A stretch of 64,000 nt of DNA. It comes from Alphaproteobacteria bacterium (GTDB lineage Bacteria > Pseudomonadota > Alphaproteobacteria > Bin95). Positions 53,837 through 61,863 of this stretch are shown piece after piece. The position numbers and the translations under genes were made by a program. Position 1 is the first letter of the stretch. Every line of letters starts with the position of its first letter. The stretch is taken from positions 1,920,001-1,984,000 of the forward strand of contig OZ224045.1 of the NCBI GenBank assembly GCA_963665325.3, given 5' to 3'. The notes under the pieces are model-generated. The model ran no database searches, was not told the origin of the DNA, and worked only from the letters and a program-made list of their open reading frames with translations.

Positions 53837-55942
53837 ATGAACGAAAACGGAGTGATCCGGATGAGACGGACGGGAACGGCGCTTCTGGCGCTCGCATTTG
53901 CGGGGATCGCGTCGGGCGCTATGGCCCAGACGGGCGATCCGGACCGGACGCGCCAGCAGGAGGCGCTGGCGCATGCGGTGGCGATCCAGAATGCCTGGGC
54001 CAGCGTGGAGGCGCGCATCCGGGTGACGGACGCCGCGAATCTCTGGGAAGATGAGTGGACCGGGCTCGCCGCTCCTCCTTCCGGGTCCTGGTGGCTTTCG
54101 TCCTGGACGGAGCGGGGCCTGACGGCGCGCTACTGCGAGGGGGTGCTGGCGGTCTATGCGGCACAGGACGATCTGAAGGGCCTGGGCCGGGGCCACAGGG
54201 AGGTCCAGGTTGCGCCCGTACTTCATGGCGGCGGCCGGACGGGCCTGCATGTGATCCTGGCGAACACGCGCATCGCGCGGGGCGCGCATGGACGCGACGA
54301 CACGGCGCTGCCCGCCTGTATGGGCATTCCCTCGACGGGGGAGGACCGTGTAGGCCTTGTGGGTCTGGTCGCCGACCCGGTCCGCACGGTGACGGGCATA
54401 CGTTGGGAGACGGAGACGCGGGACGTCGCCTGTCCGGGCTCGCCGGCGGACACCTTCCGCGAGGCGCGGCAGGTTCCGATCCAGGTGACGGCGCTGACGA
54501 ACTGTCCGGTGGCAACGCCGGAGTGCAACGATCTCTCGGAGACGGCGCCGTCCGCGCCGCATCTCTGGCCGCGCGACTGCGCGCTCCGGGCGGGCCTGGG
54601 CTCTCGGGCTGCCTGCACCGACTGGCGTCATGCCGAGGGACTCTGTCCGTTCCAGTATGCGCAGGCGCCGCCGCCCACGCCGATCCCGGACCCGGTGATC
54701 GCCTGGAGGACAGCGCCGGTCCACAGAACCACGGGCTCCTGCAGCTGCCCTGCCGGCGAGACGGGGACCTGCACGCTGCATTACGAGCAGAACACGGAAT
54801 ACCGGGACTTCCAGGTGCGGCCGGGGGCTCCGGTCGTGACGACCCGGCGCATCGCCCGGGTGAACGGCGCCAGGCGGCTGGTGCGCACGGTCGAGAACTG
54901 CGCCCCGCCTCCGCCGCAAACATGCCCGGCCGGCCAGGTGGGGACGCCGCCGAACTGCACGACGCCTCCGCCGGGTCAGACATGTCCGGCCGGCCAGGTG
55001 GGAACGCCGCCCAACTGCACCACACCTCCGCCAGGTCAGACATGCCCGGCGGGCCAGACAGGGACGCCGCCCAACTGCACGACGCCTCCACCGGGCCAGA
55101 CATGTCCGGCAGGCCAGGTGGGAACGCCGCCCAACTGCACGACGCCTCCGCCGGGTCAGACATGCCCGGCGGGCCAGACAGGAACGCCACCCAACTGTAC
55201 GCCGCCTCCCAAGGACCCGCCTCGCAAGCCGGACGAGTGTGAGGATAGCAGCTGCGGCGAGGGCGGCGACGAGGGGGACAGTGATGACGACGGGGGGAAC
55301 ACCTCCACATCGAGTACCAGCGATCATCCGGGGCTGGATGACAACACCGGCGTCAGCTTCGGAACCGGGACGGATGCCGAGACCGAAGCCGAGGATAACG
55401 CCGACAACGGCGGCGGCGAGGGAGGCGGCGGCAAGCCGATCATTCTGGATCTGGACGGCGATGGCGTGGAACTGGTGCCGCTTGAGGAGTCGACAGCGTT
55501 CTTCGACATCAACGGCGACGGCTACCGGGAGCGCATGGCCTGGGCGTCCTCCGATGACGGGTTCCTCGCCTACGACAAGGACGGCGACGGGCGCATAGTG
55601 GCGCATGACGAGCTCTCATTCGTCTCCTATGTCGAGGGCGCGCGCACGGACCTCGAAGGTCTCCGCCATTTCGACACGGACCGCGACGGACAGCTCGATC
55701 CCGACGATGCCGAGTGGGCCATGTTCCGCGTCTGGCAGGACCTCGACCAGGACGGCGAAAGCGATCCGGGCGAGCTGCGGAGCCTCGACGAGGCGGGCAT
55801 CGAGTCGATCTCGCTCACCAGCGACGGGATCAGGCGCACGGTCGCCGGCAACACCGTCTTCGGCGAGGGCGAATATGTCGGTCCGCATGGCCCGAGAGCT
55901 TTCTGGGACGCGGCGCTCGGGCGCGGGGAGCGCAAGGAATGA
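53837..55942 (+). CDS. Secreted modular adhesin: PilM/PilV-like N-terminus, Cys-rich domain, 20-aa repeats, C-terminal Ca2+-binding RTX self-processing-module-like domain
   Basis: Sec signal (..ASGAMA/Q); five CPAGQ(V/T)GTPPNCT repeats; KPIILDLDGDGVEL..DINGDG..DDGFL..RVWQDLDQDG..GELRSLDEAGIESI. Alternative start 53861. Confidence 0.75.
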   Translation: MNENGVIRMRRTGTALLALAFAGIASGAMAQTGDPDRTRQQEALAHAVAIQNAWASVEARIRVTDAANLWEDEWTGLAAPPSGSWWLSSWTERGLTARYCEGVLAVYAAQDDLKGLGRGHREVQVAPVLHGGGRTGLHVILANTRIARGAHGRDDTALPACMGIPSTGEDRVGLVGLVADPVRTVTGIRWETETRDVACPGSPADTFREARQVPIQVTALTNCPVATPECNDLSETAPSAPHLWPRDCALRAGLGSRAACTDWRHAEGLCPFQYAQAPPPTPIPDPVIAWRTAPVHRTTGSCSCPAGETGTCTLHYEQNTEYRDFQVRPGAPVVTTRRIARVNGARRLVRTVENCAPPPPQTCPAGQVGTPPNCTTPPPGQTCPAGQVGTPPNCTTPPPGQTCPAGQTGTPPNCTTPPPGQTCPAGQVGTPPNCTTPPPGQTCPAGQTGTPPNCTPPPKDPPRKPDECEDSSCGEGGDEGDSDDDGGNTSTSSTSDHPGLDDNTGVSFGTGTDAETEAEDNADNGGGEGGGGKPIILDLDGDGVELVPLEESTAFFDINGDGYRERMAWASSDDGFLAYDKDGDGRIVAHDELSFVSYVEGARTDLEGLRHFDTDRDGQLDPDDAEWAMFRVWQDLDQDGESDPGELRSLDEAGIESISLTSDGIRRTVAGNTVFGEGEYVGPHGPRAFWDAALGRGERKE
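54917..55209 (+). repeat. Intragenic 60-bp tandem repeat, about 5 copies
   Basis: Sequence lines 54901-55141 are near-identical at 60-nt period; encode QTCPAGQ(V/T)GTPPNCTTPPPG. Confidence 0.97.
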
Positions 55943-56448
55943 GCGCGTTGCCGGCTACCGCTGCAAGAGCGCAGGAAAGCGTCGCACCGTATTCGGGTGT
56001 GACCGTTCGGGTCACGCGCACCGCGGAAGACATCGCGGCGCGGGTGGCTTTGGCCCGGCGTGCGTTTGAAGAGCTGAACGACGGCCTGCCCTATGACGAG
56101 GACATGGTCCGGCGGACCTTCGAGTGGAGGCTGAAAAGGCCGGATCGTTGCCTGCTGCAGGCCGAACTGGACGGCAGGGTCATCGGAGGGGCGGCGGGCG
56201 CGATCGCCGCTCACTACCACTCGCCTGCGCTCGGAGCCACGCTTGAGGGTTACTACGTGCTGCCCGAGCACCGCGGCTCGCTGGCGGCGGTCAAGCTGCT
56301 GCACGGCTTCCGGCGCTGGGCCCGGACGAACGGGGCCGTCCGCATGTATGTGGGCGTGAACTCCGGAATCGACATTGCGCGCACGGACCGGTTCCTGAAG
56401 CGCCTGGGTTTCCGGATGACGGGCGGCAACTACAGGCTCGCGCTATGA
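55939..56448 (+). CDS. GNAT family N-acyltransferase
   Basis: YYVLPEHRG acyl-CoA motif A, FLKRLGF motif B; ATGA overlap with the adhesin. Confidence 0.85.
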   Translation: MSALPATAARAQESVAPYSGVTVRVTRTAEDIAARVALARRAFEELNDGLPYDEDMVRRTFEWRLKRPDRCLLQAELDGRVIGGAAGAIAAHYHSPALGATLEGYYVLPEHRGSLAAVKLLHGFRRWARTNGAVRMYVGVNSGIDIARTDRFLKRLGFRMTGGNYRLAL

Positions 56449-57428
56449 GCGCCCCAGCGGCAAGGACCGAAGTGTGGCGTCCGGAACGTACCACGGTCGG
56501 GCGGAAGAGCGGGATGACCGGCCCGGGACGTCATTCCGCCGTCCGCAGCTTCGCGCCCGAAGATAACCCGTTCGAGACGGTGATGGCGGACATCACCCAT
56601 CGCTGCAACATGGCCTGCGCCAATTGCTATCTGCCGAACCGGGACGTTCCCGACATGGATATGGGTCGGCTGGAGGAATGCCTCGCTGCCCTGCCGTGGC
56701 GGGTCAATCTGAGGCTCATCGGTGCTGAGCCAACCATGCGCCGGGATCTGCCCGAGATCGTCGCCATGGTACGGCATCTGGGGCATCGGCCCGTTCTTGT
56801 GACGAACGGGCTGCGGCTGGCCCGGGACAGTTATGTCCGGACGCTCAGGGAGGCGGGACTGCGCCATGTCGTGGTTTCGTTGAACGGCGCCGACAATGAC
56901 GACTGGTACGAGGCGATCGACAACATGCGCTGCGCGGCGAAGAAGTTGCGGGCGGTCGGGAATGCGGTCGCCCACGGCATGATCGTCAATACAGGGACGA
57001 TCCTGGTCAGGCGCGTGAACGAGGCCGCGGTAGGCCGCATGTACAGGTTCATGGCGGGCCTCGGCCCCCGGCACGCCGTGCTGCGGTTCAAGAATGTCGG
57101 CGCGCTCGGCCGCTACGACGCGGTGTCCGAGGCCGTGAACCTGAGCATGGTGGAAATGGAGGCGCTGTCCGCCGGCGCCATCGGCGTCGATGCCGCCGCT
57201 CTTTCCGCGTGGAACATCATCAAGGGGGAAAGGGCGCCGGACAGCCGCCTGTTCCCGGCGGACCTGGCGGCGCGGTCGGGTCGGGGCCTCTGGTTCAAGC
57301 TGACCGACTGGCAAGCCAATGCACAGGGGTGTCTCGATCCCGACCTGCGTCGGCGCGGGCGGATTACCGGAGAATTCAGGATCGCCCCGTTCTTCGATCA
57401 CGTGAAAGCCAATGAGGGCGGATATTGA
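56445..57428 (+). CDS. Radical SAM enzyme, function unknown
   Basis: CNMACANCY (CX3CX2C), IGAEP, TNG, VSLNG; ATGA overlap with the GNAT. Confidence 0.9.
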   Translation: MSAPAARTEVWRPERTTVGRKSGMTGPGRHSAVRSFAPEDNPFETVMADITHRCNMACANCYLPNRDVPDMDMGRLEECLAALPWRVNLRLIGAEPTMRRDLPEIVAMVRHLGHRPVLVTNGLRLARDSYVRTLREAGLRHVVVSLNGADNDDWYEAIDNMRCAAKKLRAVGNAVAHGMIVNTGTILVRRVNEAAVGRMYRFMAGLGPRHAVLRFKNVGALGRYDAVSEAVNLSMVEMEALSAGAIGVDAAALSAWNIIKGERAPDSRLFPADLAARSGRGLWFKLTDWQANAQGCLDPDLRRRGRITGEFRIAPFFDHVKANEGGY

Positions 57429-57448
57429 AAATGTCGGGGAGAGTGGCG

Positions 57449-58711
57449 ATGAAGATCGCAAGGAACCTGTCCTGTTTGGCTGCCGGGTTCCTGCTGGCGT
57501 CCTGCGTGACGCATAGCGCGGATGGATCCGGGGATATTCCGCAGCAGGGCAACTACAGGCCCTACGACGGTTTGTTCTTCGAGAACCTGCTCTCCGACCG
57601 GGTCTGGATCTTTCATAAGCCGGCTCGCCGTACTTATCGCAACGTACCGCATTTCATGGTCTTCCGAAGCGATGGTCAGCGCCTGAGATGCACTGGGCGG
57701 TGGATGACTCGTTACAAGCTGGACTGGACCGGAGACGAGTTGGCGCGCTGGTCTGTTCAAGGAAAGGGCCTGGGAGCAGTTGTGCGATATGACTACGAGA
57801 AGAAGAAACCTACCTACGGGTATTTCTTCTACGATCCGGCAACCGGCTCGCTGGCCGTTGATGTCTTGCGCAGCAATGCGGATTGGAGACGTGCCTGGAC
57901 ACGCGGGGCTACCGGCTGGGTCCAAGACAGCATGCCCCGCTCCCTGGCCGACGCCTGTCCCGGCCTCGACCTGCCTGCCGGGATGCGGATCAACGAGAAG
58001 CAGACCTCGCACAGGCTTGACGAGCTGCGCCTCCAGGACCCGGACGCGCCGATCCGCAACTTCCCGGGCTCGCATCTGACGGCACCGGGCCGCACGGGCC
58101 TCGGCGCCTCGGGCGGCAGGCCGACGACGACGAAGGCGGAGGTCGAAGCGTTCCTCGAAGCCCAGCAGGGCAACGTGTTGATCAGCACAAAACGGATCGG
58201 CGTCACCTATGTGCGCGCCGGGGATCGTGAGGAGCTCTGGCGGATCGGGGCGGAGTACCATATGGCCGAAGGCTTCTGGGACTTCGTCCGCACCACGGAC
58301 GAAGCCGGCGAGTGGATCGAGGTCCATGACGGCCCGAGGGTCAGGCGCCGCTACCCGATCGGCTACCCGTTCCCCTATCTGCCCACTGGCCACCGTCATC
58401 CGGCGTTCCAGCTGACGGACGAGTTCCTGGCGCGCCCCTATCCGCGCGAGTTGCCGTTCATGGGCGAGGCCTATGCGGACAAGCGTTTCGTGTTCCACCC
58501 GAAGGGCAAGGTCTCGGTGGTGGACGAGGCCGGGAACCTGGTCGAGGGCCCGCATTTCGCCGGGACCTGGGCGTGGACGAAGGGCAATCTGGAAATGACG
58601 GTCAGGAACGACCCGGCCGGTCCGAAGCGTGTCCACTGGCGCATATTGGCGGCCGAACTCGGGATGAAGCCCGTGATGTGGACGAAGCACACGCCGGACA
58701 AGATCGACTGA
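57449..58711 (+). CDS. Hypothetical lipoprotein
   Basis: MKIARNLSCLAAGFLLASC lipobox; GGGGAGAG RBS; long ORF rich in aromatic residues. Confidence 0.75.
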   Translation: MKIARNLSCLAAGFLLASCVTHSADGSGDIPQQGNYRPYDGLFFENLLSDRVWIFHKPARRTYRNVPHFMVFRSDGQRLRCTGRWMTRYKLDWTGDELARWSVQGKGLGAVVRYDYEKKKPTYGYFFYDPATGSLAVDVLRSNADWRRAWTRGATGWVQDSMPRSLADACPGLDLPAGMRINEKQTSHRLDELRLQDPDAPIRNFPGSHLTAPGRTGLGASGGRPTTTKAEVEAFLEAQQGNVLISTKRIGVTYVRAGDREELWRIGAEYHMAEGFWDFVRTTDEAGEWIEVHDGPRVRRRYPIGYPFPYLPTGHRHPAFQLTDEFLARPYPRELPFMGEAYADKRFVFHPKGKVSVVDEAGNLVEGPHFAGTWAWTKGNLEMTVRNDPAGPKRVHWRILAAELGMKPVMWTKHTPDKID

Positions 58712-58750
58712 GGCTTGCCGGACGATGTCGCGCGTTTTCTCTGATCTGCC

Positions 58751-58781
58751 CTTCGCGGTGCCGGTTTCCGGCGGGCCGGCC
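58751..58781 (+). repeat. 31-bp dispersed repeat, copy 1
   Basis: CTTCGCGGTGCCGGTTTCCGGCGGGCCGGCC; 29/31 identical to 60418-60448. Confidence 0.85.
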
Positions 58782-58790
58782 CTACCCGGT

Positions 58791-58979
58791 CTATCCGATC
58801 CGCTTGAGCAGTTCAGCCTTGAGCCTCGCGAGGCCGGATTCGAACTCCTGTCGGTTGAGGGGCGCGCGGGTCTCGGCGACGAGTCTGGGCTGTTCCACGA
58901 CGGCGCGGGCTTGTTTCCGGTCCATGCCGGCTTCCACGAGCGCGTCGAAGGCGGTCAGAGTGTCGAAGCCGATTGCCAT
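58791..58979 (-). CDS. Short DUF1640/CCDC90-like protein (no TM anchor)
   Basis: MAIGFDTLTAFDALVEAGMDRKQARAVV..LKAEL. Confidence 0.7.
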   Translation of the reverse strand: MAIGFDTLTAFDALVEAGMDRKQARAVVEQPRLVAETRAPLNRQEFESGLARLKAELLKRIG

Positions 58980-59036
58980 GGTCGTATTGTTTCTTTCGGG
59001 CGCGCGTCAGGTCAAGGCGCGAAGCCCGCTGCCCTG

Positions 59037-59735
59037 TCAGATCGCGGTGCCGGGCGTATCGGGCTGCCTCCGGAGGCGTTCGACGATCAGGGTGTCGAGG
59101 TCATCCAGCCGGCCATCGACGGCAAGTTCCACGGCTTCGAGGACGAAGGTCGGGTCGGCGGGCGGAAGCACGGCCGAGGCGGTCATCGCCTCCGGTCCGT
59201 CGGGAGCCTGGAGGTTCAGCATGGTGGCTTCGCGCGTGTTGCCCGAGACGTCGATTCTCCACATCTCGGGAACGCCCAGGCGGCGGTAGAAGAGCGGTTT
59301 GGTGGCGTCGCCGCGGCTGCGCTCGACCTCGATGACGAGATCGAGCGGCGTGAGGCGTTCGAAGGCGTCGAGTTCCGCCTCGCCCTTTTGGCGGGCGCGG
59401 GCCCGGCGTTCGGCGTTTTCGCCCAGATAGTAGCAGGCGTCGGGTTCGGCGCCGGTGTTCTCGGGATCGTCGGAGTGCCGCCATCTTGTGGCTCCGAGCG
59501 CGACGGCGCGCATGCCGGCATGTCTTGCGGTGTGGTGGACGGCCTGTCCGGCGCCCCAGGCGTGGGTTTCGTGGCGGGAGGACGGCGTCATCAGGGCGAT
59601 GAGGCCGGTGGCGGGGTCGATGAAGACGCGCCGGGCGATGCTGTTCCAGTCGAGCTTTGCGAGGCGGGGAATGTCGTCCGGGAAGAACCGGTAGGTCGTG
59701 TATTGCGACCCCATGCTGCCGGTGCTGCGTTCCAT
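59037..59735 (-). CDS. Uma2/DUF820 family PD-(D/E)XK endonuclease
   Basis: MTPSSRHE, AEPDACYY, DLVIEVERS, YRRLGVPEMWRID. Confidence 0.85.
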   Translation of the reverse strand: MERSTGSMGSQYTTYRFFPDDIPRLAKLDWNSIARRVFIDPATGLIALMTPSSRHETHAWGAGQAVHHTARHAGMRAVALGATRWRHSDDPENTGAEPDACYYLGENAERRARARQKGEAELDAFERLTPLDLVIEVERSRGDATKPLFYRRLGVPEMWRIDVSGNTREATMLNLQAPDGPEAMTASAVLPPADPTFVLEAVELAVDGRLDDLDTLIVERLRRQPDTPGTAI

Positions 59736-59812
59736 GGCGAGGCTCCTGCGGTTCGCACCCAGCATATCACAGGGCAGGCGCCGGCGATGTCAGCCTCGCC
59801 GGTTGCGCCCGG

Positions 59813-59986
59813 TCAGGGGATCAGCATGACCGCGGCGACGAGGAGAGCATTGACGGCGACCATGAAGCCGATGAGGCGCCATGTCAGCCGGGTCTCCAGC
59901 GTCGCCAGGTCCGCCTTCAACTCACCGACAGCCACATTGAGTTCATGGTGTGTGACGGGTTCGCCGGCATCGGACCCGGCCTGCAT
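59813..59986 (-). CDS. DUF1640-like C-terminal fragment
   Basis: GEPVTHHEL..LKADLATLETRLTWRLIGFMVAVNALLVAAV; lacks the FDT head. Confidence 0.55.
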   Translation of the reverse strand: MQAGSDAGEPVTHHELNVAVGELKADLATLETRLTWRLIGFMVAVNALLVAAVMLIP

Positions 59987-60002
59987 TGGCGCGGCGCTGG
60001 CG

Positions 60003-60323
60003 CTATTTGAGCAGCTGGAGCAGGGCGACAATCACGCCGCCCTGCGCGATCAGCCCTCCGAGCATCCATTTGAGCAGGTCGGACTTCACGGTCTCGATCC
60101 GCTTGTCGACCTTCGCGATCTCTGTCTTGAGCCCGGCCTCGACCTTCGCGATATCGGCCTTGAGTGCGGCCTCGACCCTGGCGATATCGGCCTTGGTTGC
60201 GAGATTGGCGTTGAGCAGGGCGACCTGCTCGTCGGCGAGGGTCTCGGCCTGCCTTTCGGTGAAGCCGCTCTCGGTCAGTCGCTTGACGTAGCGGTGAGTG
60301 TCGAACGCGATGGCTTCGGACAT
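60003..60323 (-). CDS. DUF1640/CCDC90 family protein
   Basis: MSEAIAFDTHRYVKRLTESGFTERQAE..LATKADI, 11-aa repeats, LLKW + TM. Confidence 0.88.
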   Translation of the reverse strand: MSEAIAFDTHRYVKRLTESGFTERQAETLADEQVALLNANLATKADIARVEAALKADIAKVEAGLKTEIAKVDKRIETVKSDLLKWMLGGLIAQGGVIVALLQLLK

Positions 60324-60329
60324 GCCGCA

Positions 60330-60358
60330 ATCATAGGAATGTCTGCGTCGCGGGACAA
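60330..60358 (-). promoter_or_regulatory. Sigma70 promoter for a leaderless mRNA
   Basis: TTGTCC-N17-TATGAT-N6-ATG(60323) on the minus strand. Confidence 0.65.
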
Positions 60359-60417
60359 GGACGCCAACCGAGCGGCGTGGGTCTCGTGAGAATGCCGGTC
60401 CTGTTCCGTCGCTCTCT

Positions 60418-60448
60418 CTTCGCGGTCCCGGTTTCCGCCGGGCCGGCC
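60418..60448 (+). repeat. 31-bp dispersed repeat, copy 2
   Basis: CTTCGCGGTCCCGGTTTCCGCCGGGCCGGCC; homologous to 58751-58781. Confidence 0.85.
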
Positions 60449-60456
60449 TCGGCCGC

Positions 60457-60882
60457 TCAGTCCAGGTATCGGAGCGCGGCGGCTGCGATGGCGAGGATTG
60501 CCGCGAGGGCGGCGAACAGCCCCAAAGCGAGGCGTGCGATGCGTCTTCGGTGCCGGGCGAGGTCCTGTGCGATGCGGTATTCGACGGCGTCGAGATGGCG
60601 CCGGACAGCGTCCGTTTGCCTGCGGTCGGCCGCTTCGATCCGTTCGAGGATGTTTTCCTCGGCGTCCTCAATGTGCTTGTCGGTGCGCCTCCCGGTTCCG
60701 TCGATGGCCTGGATGAGCTCGTCGCGGAAGCTTCCGGTCGGGCTTGCGAGCCGTTTCAGGAGCGGCGGCGGACTGGCGCGGGCGCGCACGCGCAGGGCAG
60801 CGTCCCTGGCTTCTTCCGGTTCCATTCCGGCGTCTTCCAGCGCCTTGGCGATGGTGGGCAGATCGAGGGGAGGTTTTGCCAC
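60457..60882 (-). CDS. Divergent DUF1640-like coiled-coil membrane protein
   Basis: GTG start; LDLPTIAKALEDAGMEPEEARDAA..coiled coil..LALGLFAALAAILAIAAAA. Confidence 0.6.
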   Translation of the reverse strand: MAKPPLDLPTIAKALEDAGMEPEEARDAALRVRARASPPPLLKRLASPTGSFRDELIQAIDGTGRRTDKHIEDAEENILERIEAADRRQTDAVRRHLDAVEYRIAQDLARHRRRIARLALGLFAALAAILAIAAAALRYLD

Positions 60883-60917
60883 GGGTGGAGCCTGCCCGTT
60901 TCCGGGGCGTGCGGCAA

Positions 60918-61819
60918 ATGCGGCCTTCGGGGCTGGTATCCGTCTCGGGCTCCTGCCGCTGGCGCTCGCGCTTTCGGTGGCGGTGCTGTTGTTCGGCGAA
61001 GCCTCGGCGCAGGGCACCGGAGGACCGGCGCCGTCCGGCACGGGCGACGTTCTTCAACCAACACCGGCGGCGGCGGATATTGTGGCCGTTCCGTCCGCTG
61101 CCGGCGCGTCGGGGCGGCGTGCGGGCGGTGCGGCTGGGGCCGCGGCCGGTCTGTCGGGGCGGCAGTCCGATCCTCCCGCTGCCGCCCCGGCTTCTCCTTC
61201 CGGGCCTCCGGTTATCGCATACGAGCCTGCGGTGCTTCGCGTGTTCGAGTGTCCGCGCGAGGCGATCGCGCGGATGCTGTCGAGCGCGGTGAACGAGGGG
61301 CAGTTCAGCGAGGCTCTGGAGCTGGAGCGCGAGGTTCTGGTGCTGTGCCGGGACCGCCAGACGATCCTGAAGGAGCTTGTGGGCTCGGAGATCGAGCTTG
61401 CGGCGGCGCTGAACAAGTCTGCGGTGGCGAGGGCCGAGGAAGCTTTGAAGCTGGAGACGGCGCGCCGCGAGGCGGATGCGCGGGTACGCGGGGCGCATGC
61501 GGCGATGCTGGAGGCGGCGCGGGCGGAGATCGTGCGCGAGCAGCAGGCGAAGGCGGCTGCCGAGACGGCCAGGACGGCTCCGAAGGAGAAGGCGCCTCCT
61601 CCCGAGCCGCCCCGCGCCTATGGCTGGTTCGCGGTGATGGGGTCGGGCGAGGCGCTGCGCGCAGCGGTGACGGACGGCGAGAACGTCTGGCGGGTGGAGG
61701 CGGGCGACCGGTTGCCGGGCGGCGTGAAGGTGGTTTCGGTCGAGGCTCGTCCTCCGGGCGTGCGCGTGAAGGGCTGGACGAGCGGGCGCCTGCCCTACCG
61801 GTCGAGGTCCGGGCGATGA
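60918..61819 (+). CDS. pilP: Type IVb pilus PilP-like protein (apparent 5' frameshift)
   Basis: Signal peptide ..LLFGEASA/Q, coiled coil, C-terminal VMGSGEALRA..VEAGDRLPGGVKVVSV PilP-type beta domain; ATG 60918 is one base out of frame. Confidence 0.6.
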
Positions 61820-61863
61820 CCGGCGACTTCTGCGAACGGGTGATTTCGGCGCCGGCTGCGGCG

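Noticed and set aside
54917-55209. Possible CRISPR array
   Set aside because: Contiguous in-frame coding repeats with no unique spacers and no cas genes
53366-55606. 746-aa minus-strand ORF
   Set aside because: Only the last 137 codons (from ATG 53779) look real; the rest is antisense to the adhesin
53837-58711. Shufflon or DGR acting on the PilV-like adhesin
   Set aside because: No Rci-like recombinase, sfx repeats, reverse transcriptase or template/variable repeat pair seen in the window
58751-60448. 31-bp repeats as integron attC sites or terminators
   Set aside because: No RYYYAAC/GTTRRRY boxes, no integrase and no U-tract; better explained as homologous gene-start remnants
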